64,000 bases of DNA from Candidatus Latescibacterota bacterium (GTDB lineage Bacteria; Latescibacterota; UBA2968; UBA8231): NCBI GenBank assembly GCA_965261395.1, contig OZ253462.1:1120001-1184000 (forward strand). The letters run 5' to 3'. Positions within the stretch are counted from its first letter, which is position 1, and the number at the start of each line of letters is the position of its first letter. Below, one piece after another: positions 57,008-64,000 of this stretch. The notes below the pieces were generated by a model that saw nothing but the letters and a program-made list of their open reading frames with translations, was not told the origin of the DNA and ran no database searches. A program made the translations under genes and the position numbers.

Positions 57008-59866
57008 ATGAATGCCCGCTTGCGCCGCGTCGGCGCTCTCTGCTGGGTCGCGCTGCTTTGGGCTGTGCCGCTCAAGGCCCAGCGCGAGGATTACGGTAGC
57101 CGCTTGGGCCGCATCGAAGCGGGCCAGCCGATCTACTATTCGTCCGGTACGGGGCTGCGCATGGAGGCCGTCTATCCCTCGTTGCAGAAGTGGTATCTGC
57201 CGCAGGAGATCGCCGGTGAGTACCGCCGACAGTGGAGCTACACCAATTACGCGCGGGACCCATACCGGCGCTACCTCGATCCGGGGTTGGAGGGCGGGTA
57301 CTTCTACGACCTCTACGGGCGCTTCTTGAACAAGGGGTGGTTGGTCTACGACTGGCGTCAGATCCAGCCGACCGGCTCGGGCGGCTCGGGCATTTTGCAG
57401 GCCGGCCAATACGGCTCGTGGTTCAGCAACTTGGTCCTTGCCGGCGACACTAAGGGCCAGCACTACTTCTCGGTGCTCATCGGCGACGAGATCTTCGCCA
57501 TGCTGACGCCCATGACCTTTCGCAAGACCGCGTACAATGGGGTTATGTTCAACTACGCGGCTGATCGCCTGACGGCCACCGTGCTCATGTCGCGGATCAA
57601 CCTGCCGCTCTTCCGCACGGACCCCTTTCCCGTGACAGAGAACAATTTTACCAACCTCATCGGCGGGCGCGTGGTCTGGGACCTTGGCAATACGACGCGG
57701 ATCGGCGGCACCTTCCTCAACGCGCACAACGGCCGCACGGCTTCCGACCGCTTTGAGGGACACCCGCTCAAGGGCAAGCTGACGAGCGGCCAGCTAGACG
57801 GACGCATCGACCGCATCGTGGTGCGGCTGACCGACGATTCGCCCGAAGACGAGGGTGGCGGGGCCGTGCTTTTTAGCAGCGACATTGAGATTGAGACGCG
57901 GATCGGCGAGCGGGATACCCTGCTAATTGGCAGTCAAATTGGCTTTGCGCCGCGCATCATCGGTGGGGTCGAGCGGGGTGGTTTTCTGACGGCCGAGGGC
58001 CGGGGCGAGGCGAGCCAGATCTTGCTCGAATACGTGTTTTCTGACGACGATCCAGCGGTCTCGGACCTAGAGGCCGTAGTGCCGAGCGCGGACTTGGTCA
58101 ACCAAATCAGCCGGGTGCGCTTCCGCTTGGTGTTGGGCAACGACTACAAGGTAGAGGTCACGTCCAACCGCCAGACCGACAACAACGCCAGCGGCGAGCA
58201 GCCGCAGTTTCGCACGGTCGCCCGGGCCGAGGGCAACGTCTGGGACAACTCCAACCAGCGCACGGTCGTCTTCGACTACGGGCTGCCGACGGCGACGCAG
58301 GTGGCCGGGCTGACGCTACAGGGCGACGATTGGGCTGGCTTCCGCGCGTACGGCGAATTCAACGTCAATCACCAATTCACCCAGTACCCGACGCGGACGC
58401 GGGATACGCACAAGGCGTCCTCGGGCATTGGCGGGGATCGCGCGGCCCTCGGCTGGATGTTCAATATCTCGCGCCGCTTCGCACCGTTTTTCTTTTTTGG
58501 CGAGGCATTCGGCCTAGACGCCGAGTACTACACGAGCCCGCGCTTTGTCGATAGCAGCGGCCGGGTGGATTGGTCAGACGACGACGAAGCACGGGCACGG
58601 CACGTGTACGACTTTGTCGATGACAATGACGACAACGACCGCATCAACGACCAAAAGCGCCGCTTTGACGACGGCCGCACCGGTGACCAGCGCGGAGTCC
58701 GCGCGCGCACCTTTGAGGGCTTTGCCGACGACGCGGTCTTTCCGGGCCTCGACGAGAACAACGACTTCATTTCCGACTTCAATCAGAACGATCTGCGCCA
58801 GCGTCCCAATTTCTTGCCCGACTACGAAGAGCCGTTTCTCCGCTACAATGTCGATCGGCCCGAGTATCTCTTCGCCCTCGACTTGAACAACAACGGCTGG
58901 GGCGACCGCTTTGAAAACGACGAAGAGCCCGACTATCCCTACCGGCGCGACCGGCGCGGGTACAACGCCTATCTAAGCGCGGAGCTCCGGCCCGAGCTCA
59001 GGCTGACGACTGGACAGGTGTGGGAGCGCAAGCCGACGACGGGTGCGCGCAACCGCACGTATTATGCCCTGCTCGCGTACGAACAGAGCTTTGCCGGATT
59101 GGGCACGCTGACGGCGTATAATTCGTTCAAGTGGGTTGCCGACGCGATCGCCGAAGACTTGGTGCAGTGGATTCAACTGCGCCCCGTGCTCGGCCGCCCG
59201 AGCAACTCCCCGGGCAGCATGATCGCGATCCGCGATCCGCTGGGCATGGGCGACGCCTTGGTCAACAAGCTGTGGATAGGAGCTGAGCGCCGCGGCCGCG
59301 ATGGCTTCCAAAGCGAGAACAAGCTGCTGTATGAATTCATTCAGCAGCGGCGAGAAGATGCCGTTGACCGCGATGGCCGCCGCTTGCAACGCAATGCGCG
59401 GCGCTTGGGGCTGATCAACAAGGCCGAGTACCCGGTGCATTTGGGCCGCATAACCGCGCTACCGCGCCTCAAGCAAGAGCTATTCATGGACGATACCCCG
59501 TTCAATATCGAGCGGCAGCTGGGCACCCCCACAGCCGAGCGCCGCGACTGGAGCACGATGGCCTCGGTATTGGTAAAGGTGCCCTTTATGAAACGCTCGG
59601 TCGTACAACTCGGCGTGGAGCACTTGCGCTTCCGCGACATGGTCGTGGACGAGACCGCAGTAACCCCAAGCGACCCCACCGGGGACTACGACGAGACGTC
59701 CTTTGCCGTGCAATTGTCCAATACGACATCGTACTTGGGCTATAAGCTCATGTCCCAAGTGGGGCTGCGCATTGACAAGCGGCAGATAGAGCGCGCGGCG
59801 CAGCAGGCCCGCACCGAGACCAGCGGTTTGACTTTCGTCACAGTACAAGCAGGGCTTAGTGATTAG
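57008..59866 (+). CDS. Large exported hypothetical protein, putative outer-membrane beta-barrel (paralog B)
   Basis: Signal peptide; shares WY.PQE, YTNYARD, DDSPED, DNSNQ..VVFDYGLP, DENNDF.SDFNQND, DLNNNGW.DRFEND and TV.AGL with paralog A. Confidence 0.65.
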   Translation: MNARLRRVGALCWVALLWAVPLKAQREDYGSRLGRIEAGQPIYYSSGTGLRMEAVYPSLQKWYLPQEIAGEYRRQWSYTNYARDPYRRYLDPGLEGGYFYDLYGRFLNKGWLVYDWRQIQPTGSGGSGILQAGQYGSWFSNLVLAGDTKGQHYFSVLIGDEIFAMLTPMTFRKTAYNGVMFNYAADRLTATVLMSRINLPLFRTDPFPVTENNFTNLIGGRVVWDLGNTTRIGGTFLNAHNGRTASDRFEGHPLKGKLTSGQLDGRIDRIVVRLTDDSPEDEGGGAVLFSSDIEIETRIGERDTLLIGSQIGFAPRIIGGVERGGFLTAEGRGEASQILLEYVFSDDDPAVSDLEAVVPSADLVNQISRVRFRLVLGNDYKVEVTSNRQTDNNASGEQPQFRTVARAEGNVWDNSNQRTVVFDYGLPTATQVAGLTLQGDDWAGFRAYGEFNVNHQFTQYPTRTRDTHKASSGIGGDRAALGWMFNISRRFAPFFFFGEAFGLDAEYYTSPRFVDSSGRVDWSDDDEARARHVYDFVDDNDDNDRINDQKRRFDDGRTGDQRGVRARTFEGFADDAVFPGLDENNDFISDFNQNDLRQRPNFLPDYEEPFLRYNVDRPEYLFALDLNNNGWGDRFENDEEPDYPYRRDRRGYNAYLSAELRPELRLTTGQVWERKPTTGARNRTYYALLAYEQSFAGLGTLTAYNSFKWVADAIAEDLVQWIQLRPVLGRPSNSPGSMIAIRDPLGMGDALVNKLWIGAERRGRDGFQSENKLLYEFIQQRREDAVDRDGRRLQRNARRLGLINKAEYPVHLGRITALPRLKQELFMDDTPFNIERQLGTPTAERRDWSTMASVLVKVPFMKRSVVQLGVEHLRFRDMVVDETAVTPSDPTGDYDETSFAVQLSNTTSYLGYKLMSQVGLRIDKRQIERAAQQARTETSGLTFVTVQAGLSD

Positions 59867-61538
59867 ATCGAAGTACGCGGTATATTGGTTGTGGCTCCTC
59901 TTTTTCTGGAGCTGCGGTACACCCACCGAGGACTTGGTGGTGGCCCGAGTCGGCGAGGTGGAAATCGACGCCCCCCAATTGCTGGAATTTGAAGAAAGGC
60001 TACACCCCGATCTGCGGAGCAAAAAGACGGGTGCTGACGCCTATTTCGACTACCTGCAAACTATGATCGATAAGGAGCTCATGGTCCTAGAGGCCAAAAA
60101 GCGGGGCCTCGATCAGCGTGCCGACTTCCGCCGCAGGATGGACAAATTGCATAGCGACCGCGTCTTGCGCCGCTTTTTGCAGCTAGAGGTGTACGACAAG
60201 ATCGTCCACACGCAAGAAGAACTGCTGGCCCATCAACGAGAGACGGGCCGCGACCGCGCCGTGCAGGTGCGGCGCATCGTAGTTGCCACAATACAAGGGG
60301 CGCGAGAAGTCAAGGCGGCCTTGGAGGGCGGTGACTACTTCGATACATGGGCCAGCCGCAACCTGCTCGACGCGACTCAGCTAGAGGGAGGTCGCTACCT
60401 GATCAAGGACGAGCTGTACCCACGCATCTTGCAGGAGAAGGTCTTTCCGCTGGCACCGGGCCAGTTTTCGGAGCCGGTGCTCTTCAACGACCAATTCGGC
60501 GTGTACGAGGTAACAGCCGAAGTGCCGGTCAAGCTCTCGGTCGTGCAGTCGGTAATCGAGGCCGAACTGCTCAAGGAGAAGCTGCCGCCGGCCGTGCAGG
60601 CGCTGTCGGCCCGCTTGCGGCAGGAACTCGACTTTGTGGTTCACGCCGAGGCCTTGGAGCGCGTGCGCGGCCGCATCGGGCAGGGTGCCAAAGCGTTTTC
60701 TGCGGAGGAGCTTGAGCAGCCTATCTACGAGCACGAGAGCGGCGTCTTTACCATCGGCGATTTGCTCGATTTCGCCCGCGAGCTAGGCGTCGGCTTCCCA
60801 GAGGACGCGCCCGAGCAGTTCGACTGGTTCGTCCATGACATCGTCGAGCCGCGCGCGCTGCTTTTGGCCGGCGCGTATACGGCGGGCGTTGACCGCGAAG
60901 AGGGCGTGGTCGCTTGGTTCCAAAAGCGGCAGCTATCAAACCTGCTGGTGGCCATGCGCCGGGACGTGGTTGATGGTGTCTTCGCTAGCCGCGAAGAAGC
61001 TCGCGCGTTCTACGACCGCCACTTAGACCTCTTCCGCCCCCTCGAATCGATCGGTGTGCAGGAAGTTTTGCTCCGCACCGAGGAGGAGGCACTGGCGCTG
61101 CGCGAGGAAGTGGAGCGCGGCGGCGACTTAGGCGCGCTGGCTGCCGAGCACACCCTGCGCCGGCGCGGCAAAGCCCAGCAGGGCGAGTTCCACTTGCATC
61201 CTTGGGAGAAGCAACAGTTCGTCCCCCTCTTTGAGGCGGCACAAGGGCAAAAAATCGGCGCACTCATCGGCCCTATCGCCGTGGAGGTCACTGCTGCCGA
61301 AGTGCTAAGCCCTGAGCCGGTCAGCGGCCCGTATTACGCCATTTTCCGATTGCTTGATTCGACGATCAACGCCGCACCGAGGCCCTTCGAGCAGGCCGAG
61401 CGCCGCGCTCGGGCGCTGGTGCGCCGCCAAAAGCAGGAGCGGCTCTTTGGGCAATTCATCATCCAATTGCGCCACCAATACGCAGCGCAAATCGAGGTCT
61501 TCCGCGCGCAGGTGGAGGCCCTCGTCCGCAACACATGA
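59859..61538 (+). CDS. SurA/PrsA-like lipoprotein with two parvulin (PpiC)-like domains
   Basis: Lipobox-like FWSC; VVARVG..EI; L..MIDKEL...EA...GLD; L..GQFSEPV; GGDLGALAAEHT; PFEQA. Confidence 0.75.
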   Translation: MIRSKYAVYWLWLLFFWSCGTPTEDLVVARVGEVEIDAPQLLEFEERLHPDLRSKKTGADAYFDYLQTMIDKELMVLEAKKRGLDQRADFRRRMDKLHSDRVLRRFLQLEVYDKIVHTQEELLAHQRETGRDRAVQVRRIVVATIQGAREVKAALEGGDYFDTWASRNLLDATQLEGGRYLIKDELYPRILQEKVFPLAPGQFSEPVLFNDQFGVYEVTAEVPVKLSVVQSVIEAELLKEKLPPAVQALSARLRQELDFVVHAEALERVRGRIGQGAKAFSAEELEQPIYEHESGVFTIGDLLDFARELGVGFPEDAPEQFDWFVHDIVEPRALLLAGAYTAGVDREEGVVAWFQKRQLSNLLVAMRRDVVDGVFASREEARAFYDRHLDLFRPLESIGVQEVLLRTEEEALALREEVERGGDLGALAAEHTLRRRGKAQQGEFHLHPWEKQQFVPLFEAAQGQKIGALIGPIAVEVTAAEVLSPEPVSGPYYAIFRLLDSTINAAPRPFEQAERRARALVRRQKQERLFGQFIIQLRHQYAAQIEVFRAQVEALVRNT

Positions 61539-61548
61539 GGAGGCTAAA

Positions 61549-63447
61549 ATGGTAAGAGTCGAAGGGAACATACCGTTTGTCGAGCCGCCCCAATGGGCCG
61601 TTCTCGAGCGCAGCCTAATCGACCTGATGAACGCCTCTGTCCATCCGCTCATGGAGCGCTACGTGCGCCCAGACGGCTCGGTGCTGTGGCCGACCACAGA
61701 GGACTTTAGCAGCATCGACGGTCTGGACGACGCGTACGAGAGCTTCCACAATTGGCCGCTTTTTTACTTGATGGGCGGCGGCGAGCACATGCTCGAATAT
61801 TCCCACCGCACTTGGGAGGGCATCACCCGGCAGTTCACCCGCTACGACAGCGGCCACGGCCATCCCATGGTCGTCAAAGAATACGAGCAAGGGTACGATT
61901 GGATGCACCAAGGCGAGGGGTACTTGTTTTTCTATTTGCTATGCCTCGCCGACCCAACGCACAGAAAAAACGTCGAGCGCGCCAAGCGCTATGCGGGCTT
62001 TTATCTCAACGAAGATCCAGAGGCCCCCAATTACGACGCGGAGAAGAGGCTCATCCGCTGCGCCCACAACGGCAGTATGGGGCCGGCACACCGCAACTTT
62101 GAAAAGCACTACACGGCCTATCGCTACGCTGGGTGGAAACCTTGGCCCTTGCCCTTTCACGACGTTCCCGGCATTGAGACGGTCGAGGATTTGCAAAAGC
62201 CGGGCATGGAAGAGAAGATGGGCCAAACCCTCGTCGAGCGGATGAGTCGCGGCGATGTGGCCTGCAACCTCGCGGTGACCAGCATGGTGACCAACGCCTA
62301 TCTGTGCAGCGGCGACGACAAATACCGATCTTGGGTCGAGGAATACACCAACGCTTGGATCGAGCGCACTCGGCAAAACAACGGCATCCTGCCCGACAAC
62401 ATTGGCCTTTCGGGGCAGATCGGCGAATACATCGACGGCAAGTGGTACGGCGGCTATTACGGCTGGACTTGGCCGCACGGCTGGCACCACCTGAGCGACG
62501 CCTGCATTGCGGCCGCGGAAAACGCGACCTTGCTCTCCGGCGACTTGCGCTACATGGACTTTCCGCGCTCGCAAATCGACGTGCTGATGCAGCAGGGGGA
62601 AGTGAGGGGACAAACGCTACACGCGCCGCACTTCTACCACGACAAAGGCTGGGACGGCTACAGCCCCATGCAGGCCCATCCCACGACGCACCTCTGGTGC
62701 ATGAGCATGCAGCAAGAGGACCTAGCGCGGCTCAAACAGCAGCGCAACCACGACAGCGATAACTGGCGGCAGGTAGGGTCGCACTCTTCCAAGCACGGCG
62801 GCGGTCACGAAGCCGCTTGGACTGCATATCTCGAAGGCGAATACCCGGAGTACCCGGTGGACATCCTGCGGCACAACCACGCGCAAGTATATCAGCGCTT
62901 GGCCTTTATGCGCGACGACCAGCAAGATCCTGCCACCTACAGCGACGCGTATCTACAGGTGCGCAACCCCATCACCGTTGAGGGCTTGGTGCAACTGACG
63001 ATGGGTGCCCCGCTCTTCATGTACAACGGCGGCCTGCTCATGGCCCGCCTGCGCTATTTCGACCCGCAGCGCCGCCGGCCGGGCTTGCCGTCAGACGTGG
63101 CCGCCTTGGTGGAATCGCTCGCAGACGAGCGGGCCGTCCTGCACTTGGTCAACCTGCACCCGACGCAAGAGCGCGAGGTCTTGATACAGGCTGGCGCTTT
63201 TGGCGAGCATAGCTTCACCCGCGTTGCCTACCAGCAGCGCCGACCCATCTCGGCTGAAGAAGCCGGCGCTGGACACTCGCACGCCACCCAATATCAGCAG
63301 ACCGTTCAGGGGCAGCTAGAGGACAAAACAGCCGCCGTACAGGGCCGCCACTTCACCGTCTGCCTCCAAGCTGGCGCGGCGATTCGGCTCGACTTGGGGA
63401 TGGAGCGCTTCGTCAATAAGCCCTCGTACGCCCTGCCGTGGAATTAG
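61549..63447 (+). CDS. Hypothetical cytoplasmic protein (Trp/Tyr/His-rich, enzyme-like)
   Basis: GAGGAGG RBS with ATG 61549 (the ORF-track start at 61354 is too early); motifs DDAYESFHNWP, YDWMHQGE, PDNIG and WYGGYYGWTWPHG. Confidence 0.7.
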   Translation: MVRVEGNIPFVEPPQWAVLERSLIDLMNASVHPLMERYVRPDGSVLWPTTEDFSSIDGLDDAYESFHNWPLFYLMGGGEHMLEYSHRTWEGITRQFTRYDSGHGHPMVVKEYEQGYDWMHQGEGYLFFYLLCLADPTHRKNVERAKRYAGFYLNEDPEAPNYDAEKRLIRCAHNGSMGPAHRNFEKHYTAYRYAGWKPWPLPFHDVPGIETVEDLQKPGMEEKMGQTLVERMSRGDVACNLAVTSMVTNAYLCSGDDKYRSWVEEYTNAWIERTRQNNGILPDNIGLSGQIGEYIDGKWYGGYYGWTWPHGWHHLSDACIAAAENATLLSGDLRYMDFPRSQIDVLMQQGEVRGQTLHAPHFYHDKGWDGYSPMQAHPTTHLWCMSMQQEDLARLKQQRNHDSDNWRQVGSHSSKHGGGHEAAWTAYLEGEYPEYPVDILRHNHAQVYQRLAFMRDDQQDPATYSDAYLQVRNPITVEGLVQLTMGAPLFMYNGGLLMARLRYFDPQRRRPGLPSDVAALVESLADERAVLHLVNLHPTQEREVLIQAGAFGEHSFTRVAYQQRRPISAEEAGAGHSHATQYQQTVQGQLEDKTAAVQGRHFTVCLQAGAAIRLDLGMERFVNKPSYALPWN

Positions 63448-63455
63448 GAGGCGAC

Positions 63456-64000
63456 ATGCACAACCGCATTAAGGACCAATTCGCCGCTGGCAAGCCCGCT
63501 TTCGGTACCCAACTCCGCTTTGGCTCTCCGGCCATTGCCGAACTCTTCGGCCACTCGGGCTTTGACTTTCTCGTCATCGACTCGGAACACGCGCCGCAAA
63601 CCCCCACCGGCATCCAGGCGCAATTGCAGGCCATTGGCAATACCCCGGCCACGCCCATCGTCCGCCTGCCACGCATCGACGAGGAGCAGATCCGCCTCTA
63701 CCTCGACATGGGTGCGCTGGGCATCCTCGCCCCGTTTGTAAACACCGCCGCTCAAGCCGCAGAAGGCGCTCGCGCCTGCCGCTATCCTCCGACTGGCATT
63801 CGCGGTTTCGGACCGCATCGGGCCGCTCAGTACGGATTGCGCACCGACGAGTACTTTGCGGAGATAAATGACTTGGTGGTATTCATCGCGCTGATTGAGA
63901 CAGCCGAAGCGGTCGCCAATATCGACGAGATTCTCGCCGTCGATGGCGTCGATACGTTTGTCATCGGCCCGGTCGATCTGTCCATTTCGCTGGGGGTGCC
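63456..64000 (+). CDS. HpcH/HpaI aldolase family protein (3' end runs off the window)
   Basis: AGGAGG RBS; manual translation MHNRIKDQFAAGKPAFG...GFDFLVIDSEH...LDMGALG...YPPTGIRG...IET...FVIGPVDL. Confidence 0.9.
   Translation, partial: MHNRIKDQFAAGKPAFGTQLRFGSPAIAELFGHSGFDFLVIDSEHAPQTPTGIQAQLQAIGNTPATPIVRLPRIDEEQIRLYLDMGALGILAPFVNTAAQAAEGARACRYPPTGIRGFGPHRAAQYGLRTDEYFAEINDLVVFIALIETAEAVANIDEILAVDGVDTFVIGPVDLSISLGV

Noticed and set aside
54247-59866. SusC/TonB-dependent receptor or SprA assignment for the large proteins
   Set aside because: No recognisable TonB plug motifs or terminal Phe, and the proteins are far shorter than SprA; left unassigned.
1-64000. Numerous 60-320 aa overlapping ORFs in the track (e.g. 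6015-6899, 9034-9939, 25474-26439, 39905-40909, 46527-47327)
   Set aside because: They are antisense or alternate-frame shadows of well-supported genes, as expected in GC-rich DNA, and have no family motifs.
1-64000. CTAG seems less depleted than in many GC-rich bacteria
   Set aside because: This is an impression only; it needs an observed/expected count and would be a genome-wide trait rather than a feature of this locus.

Overview
A GC-rich bacterial window, most likely from an FCB-group organism such as Ca. Latescibacterota; this is inferred from the protein families and not verified. (1) 1-10.7 kb, minus strand: a housekeeping block of S55 peptidase, beta-propeller protein, ribD-ribE-ribBA-ribH-nusB and a partial secA. 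The RibB half of ribBA looks catalytically degenerate. (2) 12-14.7 kb: an accessory islet with a 5'-truncated parA, an RHH partner, a solo HEPN gene and a DUF1902/HicA/YgiT toxin-antitoxin cluster. (3) 14.7-27.2 kb: small-molecule enzymes, including three PhyH-type Fe/2OG oxygenases; one has a halogenase-like HxG in place of HxD. (4) 27.4-34.8 kb: a defence-like islet with Fic, VOC and a coupled pair of AAA_14-DUF4143 and NACHT/STAND-nuclease genes behind a 38-bp palindrome. (5) 35-44.8 kb: a membrane spermidine-synthase-like fusion, two CRTAC1/ASPIC proteins, a GH36 and a beta-helix lipoprotein. (6) 44.9-61.5 kb: an eight-gene cell-envelope cluster (TPR lipoprotein, CBM9-like protein with a SWGRIK tail, three paralogous FlgD/T9SS-type-B-CTD-like proteins, two paralogous ~930-aa putative outer-membrane proteins and a SurA/PpiC-like lipoprotein). 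This cluster is the best candidate for an undescribed system. (7) A hypothetical protein and a partial HpcH aldolase. No rRNA, tRNA, CRISPR array, integrase or transposase was recognised. All assignments come from reading motifs by eye; no searches were run.
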